A stretch of 64,000 nt of DNA from an uncultured Dorea sp. (lineage in GTDB: Bacteria; Bacillota; Clostridia; Lachnospirales; Lachnospiraceae), in contig CANSLW010000001.1 of the NCBI GenBank assembly GCA_947647815.1, positions 215 to 64,214 of the forward strand. Direction: 5' to 3'. Below are positions 39,376 through 51,112 of the stretch, piece by piece. The notes under the pieces were generated by a model. That model saw nothing but the letters and a program-made list of their open reading frames with translations, searched no databases and was not told where the DNA came from. Position 1 is the first letter of the stretch, and every line of letters begins with the position of its first letter. The translations under genes were made by a program, and so were the position numbers.

Positions 39376-41204
39376 AAAGTATAGCTGCGTTAATTATTGT
39401 ATTAGGATTGATTTATTGGCAGCAATTGTCGATTGTAGGTGCTGATACAGTTTTAGAGATAGAAGATGAAGGAAGGGATAATCAGGAAAAAGAGGATGAG
39501 ATGGAAAAGGAAACAGACGAAGAAAAGAAAGAAGAAAGTGATTCGGGAGATGAGAAACCAGGAGGAGATGGTTCAGAAGATAAAGATCCGGAAGGCGGTG
39601 ATACGGATGATAAAGAAGAACCACCAGAACCAATTGAGTGCTTTGAGATTACATTCATGGGAGAGAACGGAAGGAACGGATATTATATATCAAAACCAGA
39701 AGCAGAAATTTGTCATGTAAGTAAGAGGGGAATTACCAGATATTCTTTTACTGATGGTGAGGGGAAGACTACGGAAGGAGAGCTGAAAGAAGGTAATGAA
39801 AAGGTTAAGATTGAAAAGGAGAGATTCAAAGAAGGCGCAAATCGTCTGACTATATGGATGGAAGATGAAGCAAAAGAAAAGATTGAAGAAAATGTCTTTG
39901 AAAAGATATTTTTAGTAGACACAAAAGCGCCGGTGCTTAGAGTACAGACTCCGCAGGGGATGGATAAATGGTATCAGGAGGAAGCTTTTATCAGTGTATC
40001 CGCTGAAGATTGGGATCAAGGGAGCCAGATAGATGAGATTATATGCTTTCAGGGAAAACAGGAAATTGGAAGAAGCCAGAAGACATCAGCAGGATTCAGG
40101 GTTACGCTGGCATCAGCCGGCGGGAAAGCAGTGCCGGTGACTGTCAGTGTCTGGGATAAGGCAGGAAATCTGGCAGAAGAGACTGTTGGATTATATATAG
40201 ACTGCCATCCGCCCAAAACGGTCATAGAAGGAATAGAGCCTTATATGATTACCAGTCAGCCGGTAGAATTGATTTACCATGTGGAAGATGAGAATGGAAT
40301 TGAAAATATGAATGCAGCGGCAGACTGGGAAGATCCAGCGGGAGAGATTACTTTTCTGGAGGTAAGTGATTGGAATGTTACAGATACGGGAAGAGATGCC
40401 AGGCAGACATTGACAGAAGACGGTATATACCGGTTGAAAGTGGAGGCGTCTGACAAGGCGGGATATAGAGATGAAAGTACAGGGCAGATTATGATTGATA
40501 AGGAAAATCCGGTTATCTCTTCTGTCGATGGATTTGACGGAAAATATATGAAGAATTTCTGCTGGGACGAGCCGATAGAGGATGTGATTCAGGATTTTAC
40601 CAGTTATACATACTCGGTTTATCTGGATGGGAAGCCTTATCAGATGGGGGAAAATATTACAAAAGAAGGCGGACATATCCTGGAAGTACAGGCAGTAGAT
40701 TCGGCTGGAAATGAAGGTGTTGCAAAGGCAGAATTCGTCATCGATCATACTGCGCCTGAGATAGTATTTACAGATGTTGAAGAGGGAGGAAAGTATGAGG
40801 AAGAACGTTTGTTTCAAGTATCTCTTAAAGATTCGAAAGACCATATTGAAGAAATCCGTATTAATGGAGAGAAACAGAAACTTGCTTCAGACGGGAAAAA
40901 GAATCAGTATCATGTTCGGGAATGTAAGGATTATAAGGTATCGGTAAAGGCAAGTGATAAGGCTGGCAATCAGGTTGTCTCACAGATGAATTTTAAGGTA
41001 GTGCCAGAAGAGACCATGATGCAGAAAGTTGCCGGCCCAATCAGGAAGGCATTGATCGGTCCATTCAAATCTGGAAAGAAGGAACAAACGATTGGAGAAA
41101 GCAGACAGGAAGGAAGAAGAAGTCCGATGGCTGGTTTATTAATGATAGGCGTGGCGGCAGCAGGCGGAGGAACAGGTTTTTATATATTGAAAAAATGGTT
41201 GTAG
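39372..41204 (+). CDS. Secreted/membrane-anchored protein with tandem Ig-like (Big) repeats
   Basis: Signal peptide, acidic linker, repeated 'DKAGN...IDxxxP' units, C-terminal TM. Confidence 0.75.
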   Translation: MKSIAALIIVLGLIYWQQLSIVGADTVLEIEDEGRDNQEKEDEMEKETDEEKKEESDSGDEKPGGDGSEDKDPEGGDTDDKEEPPEPIECFEITFMGENGRNGYYISKPEAEICHVSKRGITRYSFTDGEGKTTEGELKEGNEKVKIEKERFKEGANRLTIWMEDEAKEKIEENVFEKIFLVDTKAPVLRVQTPQGMDKWYQEEAFISVSAEDWDQGSQIDEIICFQGKQEIGRSQKTSAGFRVTLASAGGKAVPVTVSVWDKAGNLAEETVGLYIDCHPPKTVIEGIEPYMITSQPVELIYHVEDENGIENMNAAADWEDPAGEITFLEVSDWNVTDTGRDARQTLTEDGIYRLKVEASDKAGYRDESTGQIMIDKENPVISSVDGFDGKYMKNFCWDEPIEDVIQDFTSYTYSVYLDGKPYQMGENITKEGGHILEVQAVDSAGNEGVAKAEFVIDHTAPEIVFTDVEEGGKYEEERLFQVSLKDSKDHIEEIRINGEKQKLASDGKKNQYHVRECKDYKVSVKASDKAGNQVVSQMNFKVVPEETMMQKVAGPIRKALIGPFKSGKKEQTIGESRQEGRRSPMAGLLMIGVAAAGGGTGFYILKKWL

Positions 41205-41254
41205 ATTTTGCTGTAATGTGATATAGTTATCTTAGTTTTATAAGTGTGTTGAGA

Positions 41255-41308
41255 TGGGAGAGCGAATGGAAGCAACAGAAATGTTGTTTATTTTGCTCTC
41301 CTTTATTA
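41255..41308 (+). terminator. Leader terminator upstream of glpP (candidate GlpP antitermination target)
   Basis: GGAGAGCGAATGGAAGCAACA-GAAA-TGTTGTTTATTTTGCTCTCC followed by TTTATT. Confidence 0.55.
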
Positions 41309-41340
41309 CTTATTATTATAATTACCAGAAGGAAAATGTG

Positions 41341-41910
41341 ATGGACAGTAGATATTATAATGCAATAGAAAGTAATCCGGTGGTAGCGGCAGTAAAGGAT
41401 ATAGAAGGATTAGAAGAGTGCTGCGTACTGGAGGATATACAGGTAGTATTTATCCTGTTCGGCGATATCTGTTCTATTGAAGGAATTGTGGATAAGGTGA
41501 AGAAAAGTGGAAAGTTTGCCATGGTGCATGTGGACTTGATTACCGGGCTGAGTTCGAAGGAAGTCGCAGTGGATTATATTAAGGAGCATACGGAGGCAGA
41601 TGGAATCATAACAACGAAACCGTCTCTAATCAGACGAGGAAGAGAATTATCGATGTGTACAATATTGAGGTATTTTCTGATTGATTCCATGGCGCTGGAG
41701 AATATTAAGAATCAGCAATATTCAGTGAAACCGGACTTTATAGAAGTGCTTCCAGGGCTTATGCCGCAGGTAATCAGAAAGATCAGTAATACTTCCAGAA
41801 CACCGATTATTGCAGGTGGGCTGATTACTGATAAAGACTCGGTTCTAGGTGCGTTGTCAGCAGGTGCGATTGCCGTATCTACAACAAATCAGAAAGTGTG
41901 GCGGATGTAA
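41341..41910 (+). CDS. glpP: Glycerol-3-phosphate-responsive antiterminator
   Basis: VHVDLITGL, DGIITTK, FLIDS, EVLPG, PIIAGGLI, AVSTT. Confidence 0.92.
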   Translation: MDSRYYNAIESNPVVAAVKDIEGLEECCVLEDIQVVFILFGDICSIEGIVDKVKKSGKFAMVHVDLITGLSSKEVAVDYIKEHTEADGIITTKPSLIRRGRELSMCTILRYFLIDSMALENIKNQQYSVKPDFIEVLPGLMPQVIRKISNTSRTPIIAGGLITDKDSVLGALSAGAIAVSTTNQKVWRM

Positions 41911-41954
41911 TGCCAGTTACAAGGATAGAGAGGAAAACTATTATAGAGAAATAA

Positions 41955-43472
<1,518 letters not shown>

Positions 43473-43535
43473 AATATATGAGATGCAGATGTTGTGCAAG
43501 ATATACATTATATGTAAGTGAATAGAAGATTGCGC

Positions 43536-43597
43536 GAGAGAAGAGCCAGGCAATAACCGCATTGAAAAAGATGCGTTTATTTGCCAGGCTCATTTTT
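43536..43597 (+). terminator. Internal terminator/leader before the G3P dehydrogenase genes (candidate GlpP target)
   Basis: GAGAGAAGAGCCAGGCAATAACCGCAT...ATGCGTTTATTTGCCAGGCTC followed by ATTTTT. Confidence 0.55.
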
Positions 43598-43653
43598 ATA
43601 TCATAGTATGAAAAATGACCAGCAGCAGGTATTTTGTATGATTAGGAGGAGAT

Positions 43654-45102
43654 ATGACTATGTATGATTATGATGTGGCAATTATAGGGGGAGGAGTTTC
43701 AGGATGTGCCGTGGCAAGAGAACTTTCTCGTTACAAAGTAAACGTATGTGTATTTGAAAAGGAAGAAGATGTGTGTTGTGGAACTTCTAAGGCGAACAGT
43801 GGTATTGTCCATGCAGGGTATGATGCGGCTGAGGGTTCAATGAAGGCGAAGATGAACTTAAGAGGTAATGAGTTGATGGAAACATTGGCAGAAGATCTGG
43901 ATATTCCTTTTAGACGCAATGGATCACTGGTGCTGTGTTTGAATGAAGAAGACATGCCAAGGCTGGAAGAGCTGTATAATCGTGGAATTGCTAATAGAGT
44001 GAAAGGACTTCAGATACTGGACAGGGAAGAGGTGCTTAAAAAGGAACCCAACGTCTCAGAGGAAGTTTGTGCAGCATTGTATGCGCCGACAGGAGGGATT
44101 GTATGTCCATTTGAATTGAATATGGCTTTAGCAGAGAATGCAAATGTCAATGGAGTGGAATTCCGCTTTCAGACAGAAGTGCAGGATATCAGAAAGCTGG
44201 AAGAAGGATATGAACTTATCACAAATCATGGAATCTTTACGGCGAGATACGTGGTGAATGCAGCAGGAGTATATGCAGACCGGTTTCATAATATGGTCAG
44301 TGAGCGGAAAATTCATATTACGGCAAGAAGAGGAGATTATTGCCTGTTGGATAAGAGCGCCGGGAATCATGTGAATAGTACAATATTTACATTACCGGGC
44401 AAGTTTGGTAAAGGAGTCTTAGTGGCGCCGACTGCCCATGGAAATCTGATTCTTGGTCCGACGGCAATTGATATCGAAGATAAAGAAGGAACCAACACGA
44501 CCAGGGAAGGGATTGACCAAGTACTTGGAAAAGTAGGAATGAGTGTAAAGAATCTGCCGATGAGACAGGTGATTACGTCTTTTGCGGGGCTTAGGGCACA
44601 CGAAGACCAGGATGAATTCATCATAGAAGAAGTGGAAGATGCCAGAGGATTTATTGACTGTGCAGGTATTGAATCACCAGGGCTTACCAGCTGTCCTGCA
44701 GTGGGAGAGTGGATTGCGGATTTGTTAAAGGAGCGTATGGGGCTGGAAGAAAAGGTGGATTTTGTGGCCGAAAGAAAAGGAATCTTAAAACCAGAAGATT
44801 TGCCAGAAGAGGAAAGAGCTGCCTTGATACGGGAGAATCCGGCATATGGAAATATTATCTGCCGCTGCGAGATGATAACAGAGGGTGAGATTGTGGATGC
44901 AATCCGCCGACCGCTTGGGGCAAGGTCATTGGATGGGGTAAAACGCAGGACAAGAGCAGGTATGGGACGCTGCCAGGCGGGATTCTGTTTACCGAGAACG
45001 ATGGAGATTCTGGCGAGAGAGTGGAATATAGATATCAGTGAAGTGACAAAATGTGGTGGAAACTCACGTATTGTTACAGGAGTAAATAAGGACACTTTAT
45101 AG
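43654..45102 (+). CDS. FAD-dependent glycerol-3-phosphate dehydrogenase-like subunit with C-terminal BFD-like 2Fe-2S domain
   Basis: GGGVSG, TSKANSGIVHAG, CRCE, RAGMGRCQAGFC; in the glp operon. Confidence 0.85.
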   Translation: MTMYDYDVAIIGGGVSGCAVARELSRYKVNVCVFEKEEDVCCGTSKANSGIVHAGYDAAEGSMKAKMNLRGNELMETLAEDLDIPFRRNGSLVLCLNEEDMPRLEELYNRGIANRVKGLQILDREEVLKKEPNVSEEVCAALYAPTGGIVCPFELNMALAENANVNGVEFRFQTEVQDIRKLEEGYELITNHGIFTARYVVNAAGVYADRFHNMVSERKIHITARRGDYCLLDKSAGNHVNSTIFTLPGKFGKGVLVAPTAHGNLILGPTAIDIEDKEGTNTTREGIDQVLGKVGMSVKNLPMRQVITSFAGLRAHEDQDEFIIEEVEDARGFIDCAGIESPGLTSCPAVGEWIADLLKERMGLEEKVDFVAERKGILKPEDLPEEERAALIRENPAYGNIICRCEMITEGEIVDAIRRPLGARSLDGVKRRTRAGMGRCQAGFCLPRTMEILAREWNIDISEVTKCGGNSRIVTGVNKDTL

Positions 45103-45176
45103 ACATCATTGAAATCTGTGAAATGAAACTATGACGAGAGACAGGCAATAGAATAGAAGAACAGGGAGAGATTACC

Positions 45177-46451
45177 ATGAAGAATTATGATATTGTTATT
45201 ATAGGAGGGGGCCCGGCGGGACTTGCGGCAGCAGTTTCAGCAAGGGAAAATGGAATTGACCGGATTATAATATTGGAACGAGATAAAGAACTTGGAGGAA
45301 TTCTGAATCAATGTATCCACAATGGTTTTGGACTGCATACGTTTAAAGAAGAGCTGACCGGACCAGAATATGCAGCCAGATTCATCGAACAGGTTGTGGC
45401 CCATGATATCGAGTATAATCTGAATACAATGGTTATGGATATCAGTAGGGAGAAGATTGTGACAGCTATGAATCGAGAAGAAGGATTATTCAAGATTCAG
45501 GCAAAGGCAGTTATCCTGGCGATGGGATGCCGCGAGAGACCAAGAGGAGCACTGAATATCCCAGGATATCGTCCGGCAGGTATTTTTTCCGCAGGGACGG
45601 CCCAAAGACTGGTGAATATGGAAGGATATCTCCCGGGAAGAGAGGTCGTGATATTAGGTTCTGGAGATATCGGGTTGATTATGGCGAGAAGGATGACGCT
45701 GGAAGGAGCGAAGGTAAAGGTTGTTGCAGAATTGATGCCATATTCTGGCGGACTGAAGCGTAATATTGTCCAATGTCTGGATGATTATGGAATACCTCTG
45801 AAATTAAGCCACACAGTAGTAGATATCAAAGGAAAGGAACGAGTGGAAGGAGTTACACTTGCCAAAGTAGACGACAAAGGAAAACCAATTCCCGGAACAG
45901 AAAAATATTATTCCTGCGATACGCTTTTACTATCGGTAGGGTTGATTCCTGAGAATGAACTTTCCGGAGGAATGGGAGTGGAATTGAATCCTGTTACTTC
46001 CGGCCCAAGAGTAAATGAAAGTCTTGAGACAAATATAGAAGGTGTATTTGCATGTGGAAATGTACTTCATGTACATGATTTGGTAGATTTTGTGTCAGAA
46101 GAAGCGATGACAGCAGGAAAGAATGCAGCATCCTATGTGCAGGGCAGGTGTGAACAAGGTATGATTTTATCACGCGAGGAGATATGCATTAAAGCAGAAT
46201 CCGGAGTGCGTTATACTGTTCCAGAGACGATCTGTCCGGCATATATGGATGATAAATTGAAAGTGCGTTTCCGTGTAGGAGGAGTATATAAGAATTGTTG
46301 TGTCTGTGTATATTTTGATGATGAAAATGTGAGCAGCAGGAAAAAAGCTGTTGTTGCGCCTGGCGAAATGGAAGAAATCATACTCACAAAAGCACAGATT
46401 CTGGAGCATCCGGATATGAAGACCATTACTTTAAAAATAGAGGAGGCATAG
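45177..46451 (+). CDS. FAD/NAD-dependent oxidoreductase (glp-associated)
   Basis: GGGPAGL, LNQCIHNGFG, GSGDIGLIMARR, GNVLHVHDLVD. Confidence 0.85.
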   Translation: MKNYDIVIIGGGPAGLAAAVSARENGIDRIIILERDKELGGILNQCIHNGFGLHTFKEELTGPEYAARFIEQVVAHDIEYNLNTMVMDISREKIVTAMNREEGLFKIQAKAVILAMGCRERPRGALNIPGYRPAGIFSAGTAQRLVNMEGYLPGREVVILGSGDIGLIMARRMTLEGAKVKVVAELMPYSGGLKRNIVQCLDDYGIPLKLSHTVVDIKGKERVEGVTLAKVDDKGKPIPGTEKYYSCDTLLLSVGLIPENELSGGMGVELNPVTSGPRVNESLETNIEGVFACGNVLHVHDLVDFVSEEAMTAGKNAASYVQGRCEQGMILSREEICIKAESGVRYTVPETICPAYMDDKLKVRFRVGGVYKNCCVCVYFDDENVSSRKKAVVAPGEMEEIILTKAQILEHPDMKTITLKIEEA

Positions 46452-46453
46452 AG

Positions 46454-46843
46454 ATGATGGAAGAGAAAAACCTGATATGTATTAATTGCCCGTTGGGATG
46501 TGCGCTTACAGTTATGATGCAGGGAGATGAGATTATAAGTGTGGAAGGCAATACTTGTAAACGGGGAGACGCCTATGCCAGAAAGGAACTGACGAATCCG
46601 ACCAGAATTGTAACTTCAACAGTGAGAGTCAGAGGAAGCAGGGAGAGTATGGTTTCTGTAAAGACGAAAGAGGATATTCCGAAGGAAAAGGTACTGGATT
46701 GTGTGAGGGCATTAAAAGATGTTATTGCAGATGCGCCGATTCGGATAGGGGATATTATTGTGGAGAATGTAGCAGGAACCAGTGTGGATATTGTGGCAAC
46801 GAAATGTGTAAAAAAGTCTGATGATTATATACAAAGTCCATAA
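46454..46843 (+). CDS. DUF1667-family Cys-rich protein (glp-associated)
   Basis: CINCPLGC...GNTCKRG...PTRIVTSTV. Confidence 0.85.
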   Translation: MMEEKNLICINCPLGCALTVMMQGDEIISVEGNTCKRGDAYARKELTNPTRIVTSTVRVRGSRESMVSVKTKEDIPKEKVLDCVRALKDVIADAPIRIGDIIVENVAGTSVDIVATKCVKKSDDYIQSP

Positions 46844-46973
46844 AAAGGGAGGATGCCGGGTCACCGCTTTCGCAGTGCCCGGCATGTATTATGAAAAAGT
46901 TTATTCAAAAATAGTATTTAACTATCAGTCAATGGTCTTATTCAATTATCAATTATTATGTTTTAATTGATGT
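46842..46973 (-). ncRNA. Candidate trans-acting sRNA under a tandem response-regulator promoter
   Basis: TATACT -10, start ACATCAA, TTTTTCAT before terminator ATGCCGGGCACTGC-GAAA-GCGGTGACCCGGCAT...TTTTT. Confidence 0.5.
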
Positions 46974-46993
46974 ATTTAGTATAAGACAGAGCT

Positions 46994-47054
46994 GTGAAGA
47001 AACAATGATAAAGTAATGAAAGAATTTTGAAAGATAAATGAACAAAGTATGAAC
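46994..47054 (-). promoter_or_regulatory. Six TTCA(T)-like direct repeats at exact 11-bp period (OmpR/PhoB-type operator array)
   Basis: TGA(A) on the + strand at 46995, 47006, 47017, 47028, 47039, 47050. Confidence 0.65.
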
Positions 47055-47147
47055 TAAAGTTTTACGGAATAATCTGTTGGAAAAAAAGGGAAAATGTTTT
47101 ATACTGTTTAGAGTGCAGCTTATATTTTTTTGAAAGGAAGAAAGAGA

Positions 47148-48164
47148 ATGAAGTATATTTCATTTGCAATCCCGTGTTACAATTCACAGGATTATATGAC
47201 CCGTGCCATTGAGAGCATTCTGCCAGGAGGAGATGAGATTGAGATTATCATCGTAAATGACGGTTCAAAAGACCAGACATCAGCGATTGCCCATGAATAT
47301 ATGAACCAATATCCGGATATTATCAGAGTTGTAGATAAAGAAAATGGCGGACATGGGGATGCGGTCAATGCTGGACTTGATAATGCACAAGGGAAATATT
47401 TTAAAGTGGTGGACAGTGATGACTGGGTGGATGAAGAATCGCTGCAGAAAATATTAAAACTGCTTCGGGACTTGGAAGAGGATGGAGAACAGATTGATAT
47501 GCTGGTATCCAATTATGTCTACGAAAAAGTAGGGGCAAACCATAAAAAGTGCATTCATTACCGTAATGTGCTGCCACAGGATGAGATTTTCCGGTGGGAT
47601 AATATCGGACATTTTCATCTTGATCAGTATATTTTGATGCATTCTGTTATTTATCGCACGGATATGCTCAAGTTAAGTCAGTTAAAACTCCCAAAACATA
47701 CATTTTATGTGGATAATATCTATGTGTATTATCCTTTGCCGCATGTTCGTAAGATATATTATCTGGATGTAGATTTCTATAGATATTTTATAGGAAGAGA
47801 TGACCAGTCGGTAAATGAGAGGAATATGATTGCCAGAGTTGATCAGCAGATATTTGTTACAAAAGCAATGATTGATATGTATGATTTGAAGAAGATTACA
47901 AGTAAGAAGTTAAGGCAGTATATGATTAATTATCTGGCAATTATGATGACAGTCTCATCAATACTTTTAATCCGTTCCAAGACACGGGAGAACCTTGAGA
48001 AAAAGAGGGAACTCTGGACATACCTTAAAAAGAGAGATTTCAAGACATTTTTTAAGATTCGCTATGGTATATTGGGACAGACTATGAATATCCCGGGAAG
48101 ATCAGGGCGGAAGATATCATCCCTTGTGTATAGCGTAGCAAGAAGAATTGTAGGATTTAATTAA
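47148..48164 (+). CDS. Glycosyltransferase family 2
   Basis: IPCYNS, VNDGSKD, ENGGHG, VVDSDD. Confidence 0.92.
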   Translation: MKYISFAIPCYNSQDYMTRAIESILPGGDEIEIIIVNDGSKDQTSAIAHEYMNQYPDIIRVVDKENGGHGDAVNAGLDNAQGKYFKVVDSDDWVDEESLQKILKLLRDLEEDGEQIDMLVSNYVYEKVGANHKKCIHYRNVLPQDEIFRWDNIGHFHLDQYILMHSVIYRTDMLKLSQLKLPKHTFYVDNIYVYYPLPHVRKIYYLDVDFYRYFIGRDDQSVNERNMIARVDQQIFVTKAMIDMYDLKKITSKKLRQYMINYLAIMMTVSSILLIRSKTRENLEKKRELWTYLKKRDFKTFFKIRYGILGQTMNIPGRSGRKISSLVYSVARRIVGFN

Positions 48165-48366
48165 CGGTAATTTGAATATTTAGAGTGAGACAAGGAAGCA
48201 GTTTGAAGTTTGTCAGATTGAATTGTTATGAGATATGAATAATATAACCGCCGTGTCACATACTAGAAAGTAATTAAGGAATTATATTATAAAGAAATAA
48301 CAAAGGCACTAAAGCTGAGAGTTGATTATTTCTTTATAATTTCCAAGAAGAAAAGGAGTATGTGAT

Positions 48367-48981
48367 ATGGCGGTTGATTTTAAAGAGAGTAAGACGAGAG
48401 AGAACCTGATGAGGGCATTTGCCGGAGAGAGCCAGGCGAGGAACCGGTATACGATTGCGGCGGATGCTGCAAAAAAGCAAGGATTATACTCTGTTCAACA
48501 GGTATTCCTGTTCACAGCAGACCAGGAACGTGCCCATGCGGAACGTTATTATGATTTGCTTAAAAGTCTGTCAGGAACGACGATTGAGATATCCGGCGGG
48601 TATCCGGTAGATCATTTTGACGATGTTGTGGAATTGTTAAAGAAAGCAGAACACAATGAGATGGAAGAGGCCGATGATGTATATCAGGCATTTGGAAATG
48701 TGGCGAAAGAAGAAGGATTCTTAGAAGCGGCATCCGCATTTTTCCAGATTGCAGAGATTGAGGCGATTCATGGAAGAAGATTCCGGAAACTGGCTGAATT
48801 ACTGGAACAGAATCAATACTTTGAACGTGAGATGAATGGGCAATGGATGTGCATGAACTGCGGACATATCCAGTCAGGTAAAATGGTTCCGCCAGTATGC
48901 CCGGTGTGTCGGTATGAGAGAGGATATTTTATACCGGTGGAGATTGCGCCATATCTGGGGTTTGATTTTCTTGCAAAATAG
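48367..48981 (+). CDS. rbr: Rubrerythrin
   Basis: AFAGESQARNRY, ExxH motifs, C-terminal CMNCGH...CPVC. Confidence 0.92.
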   Translation: MAVDFKESKTRENLMRAFAGESQARNRYTIAADAAKKQGLYSVQQVFLFTADQERAHAERYYDLLKSLSGTTIEISGGYPVDHFDDVVELLKKAEHNEMEEADDVYQAFGNVAKEEGFLEAASAFFQIAEIEAIHGRRFRKLAELLEQNQYFEREMNGQWMCMNCGHIQSGKMVPPVCPVCRYERGYFIPVEIAPYLGFDFLAK

Positions 48982-49072
48982 TAAATGCCTTGTAAAAATA
49001 AGGGGATTCGTGCAGAAACAGATACCTGTCGTAATGTAATCGGATTTTCTATTGGAAATTGTGCAGAATTAA

Positions 49073-49178
49073 TTCCCGCGAGCAACGAGCCAAGTGACTG
49101 CTCGCAGGCATTTGGCGACTGCCGCGAGGGTCACATACCCCGATGCTTGTATCGCTGCTTGCTTCGGGGTTGTTGACT
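49073..49178 (+). repeat. Best-preserved copy of the dispersed repeat plus an adjacent REP-like hairpin
   Basis: CCCGCGAGCAACGAGCCAAGTGACTGCTCGCAGGCATTTGGCGACTGCCGCGAGG then ATACCCCGATGCTTG...GCTTCGGGGTTGTTGACT. Confidence 0.7.
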
Positions 49179-49303
49179 TGTCTATAGTAAGTTTATTACG
49201 TAAATTATTTTGCATAGGTCATTGAAAGAAAGAATATGATAAAATAGATTTCAATGAGTCAGATTTATAGGATGATACGATTATTTTGTAAGGATGGGAT
49301 TAT

Positions 49304-51049
49304 ATGGCGAGTCAGAAGATTGAGAATTTATTGAACCTGGCACTGGATGCGACGCCAGAGGAACGGGAGAAATCACTGGAACTGGATGTGGGATATAATC
49401 CGGTGGAGAGGGAATGGGATTTGATTGTGAAATACTCGGGAAGTCTCGAAAGAGTGCGCGAATTAGCATCTCAGGTGGTAGAGATGCAGAATGAGTATGC
49501 AGTTATCACAATACCAGAATCTCAGATCGACGCTCTGACGCAGATTCCGGAGATAGAATATATTGAAAAGCCGAAGAGATTATTTTTCCAGGTTGCGAAT
49601 GGAAGACGGGTATCTTGTATCAATGCGGTACAGGATACCCGTTTTTCCTTATTTGGACAGGGAGTTTTAGTTGCGGTGATTGATTCTGGAATCGATTATG
49701 AGAATGCGGATTTCCGTAACGAGGACGGGACGACGAGGATCCGTGCACTGTGGGATCAGTCGCTATCACCTGGGGAAGGGCGTATTCCGCCAAAGGGGTA
49801 TGCAATCGGCGCAGAATATACGGCAGAACAGATTAATGAAGCGTTGAAGCAGGCAACAGTTATGGAGAGGCGCAAGATAGTTCCAAGTGAGGATACTTCG
49901 GGGCATGGCACGGCAGTGGCAGGGGTTGCGGCAGGAAATGGAAGAAATAGCAACGGTAGATTTGCGGGTGTGGCACCGAAGAGTGAACTGATTGTAGTGA
50001 AGCTTGGCAATCCGAGACAGGAGGGATTCCCACGGACGACGGAACTGATGCAGGGACTTGATTATGTGATAAGAAAGTCATTGGAATTGCGGATGCCAGT
50101 GGCGGTCAATATCAGTTTCGGCAATACCTACGGTTCCCATGACGGGACATCTCTTCTGGAGCGATATATTGATGATTTGTCTAATATATGGAAGAGCAGT
50201 ATCTGCATCGGCTCCGGCAATGAGGCGGCGAGTGCGGGGCATACATCTGGCATGCTAAAGGAAGGAAAAGAAGAAATCATACAATTAGCGGTACAGAGCA
50301 GCCAGACGGCGCTTAGTGTACAGATTTGGAAAGAATATACGGATGTGGTGGACATTTCCCTGATGACTCCGGCGGGGGTTACGGTAGGACCGATTCAGGA
50401 GATACTTGGCTCGCAGAGGTTCACTGTCGGTCAGACGGAAATCTTGTTGTATTATGGGGAGCCGAGCCCGTACAGTACGGCGCAGGAGATCTATATTGAT
50501 ATGCTTCCAAGGGATACGTATGTGATGAGCGGAGTGTGGAGAATCATTCTGAATCCGCGAAAGGTGGTATCCGGAGCGTATGAGATGTGGCTGCCTAGCG
50601 AAAATGTCCTGAACAGAGGGACGGGGTTCTTATTTCCGACGGACCAGACGACCCTTACGATTCCTTCTACCGCAGCCAGAGTGATTACGGTGGGTGCGTA
50701 TAATGCGCTGACCTTTGCTTATGCGGACTTTTCTGGGAGAGGATATACAAGGGAGACGAATCTGGTGAAGCCGGATCTTGTGGCGCCGGGGGTAAATGTG
50801 ACGGCGCCGGCTGTAGGGGGAGGATACGCGGAGTTTACAGGGACCTCCTTTGCGACGCCGTTTGTAACAGGGAGTGCGGCGTTATTGATGGAATGGGGGA
50901 TTGTGAGGGGGAATGATCTTTATTTATTTGGCGAGAAGGTGAAGGCTTATTTAAGGAGAGGAGCAAAGCCATTGCCGGGATTTGATGTATATCCTAACCC
51001 GCAGGTGGGGTATGGGGCGCTTTGTGTTAGGGATAGTATACCGATATGA
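49304..51049 (+). CDS. S8 subtilisin-like serine peptidase (Csp germination protease-like)
   Basis: Catalytic triad VAVIDSGID / GHGTAVAG / GTSFATP; prodomain; jelly-roll-like insertion. Confidence 0.9.
   Translation: MASQKIENLLNLALDATPEEREKSLELDVGYNPVEREWDLIVKYSGSLERVRELASQVVEMQNEYAVITIPESQIDALTQIPEIEYIEKPKRLFFQVANGRRVSCINAVQDTRFSLFGQGVLVAVIDSGIDYENADFRNEDGTTRIRALWDQSLSPGEGRIPPKGYAIGAEYTAEQINEALKQATVMERRKIVPSEDTSGHGTAVAGVAAGNGRNSNGRFAGVAPKSELIVVKLGNPRQEGFPRTTELMQGLDYVIRKSLELRMPVAVNISFGNTYGSHDGTSLLERYIDDLSNIWKSSICIGSGNEAASAGHTSGMLKEGKEEIIQLAVQSSQTALSVQIWKEYTDVVDISLMTPAGVTVGPIQEILGSQRFTVGQTEILLYYGEPSPYSTAQEIYIDMLPRDTYVMSGVWRIILNPRKVVSGAYEMWLPSENVLNRGTGFLFPTDQTTLTIPSTAARVITVGAYNALTFAYADFSGRGYTRETNLVKPDLVAPGVNVTAPAVGGGYAEFTGTSFATPFVTGSAALLMEWGIVRGNDLYLFGEKVKAYLRRGAKPLPGFDVYPNPQVGYGALCVRDSIPI
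50926..51010 (+). repeat. Left copy of the duplicated S8 3' segment (candidate att site)
   Basis: ATTTGGCGAGAAGGTGAAGGC (50926-50946) is identical to 57582-57602; homology continues for 85 bp. Confidence 0.8.
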
Positions 51050-51082
51050 ATATTTGATCATGGAAACTTAAGAAATCCGGTC

Positions 51083-51112
51083 TTGACAGTCTCTTATATT
51101 TAGCTCTATAAT
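51083..51112 (+). promoter_or_regulatory. Near-consensus SigA promoter of the islet
   Basis: TTGACA-N18-TATAAT. Confidence 0.6.

Noticed and set aside
48985-49176. 63-aa ORF
   Set aside because: Largely a translation of the dispersed repeat.
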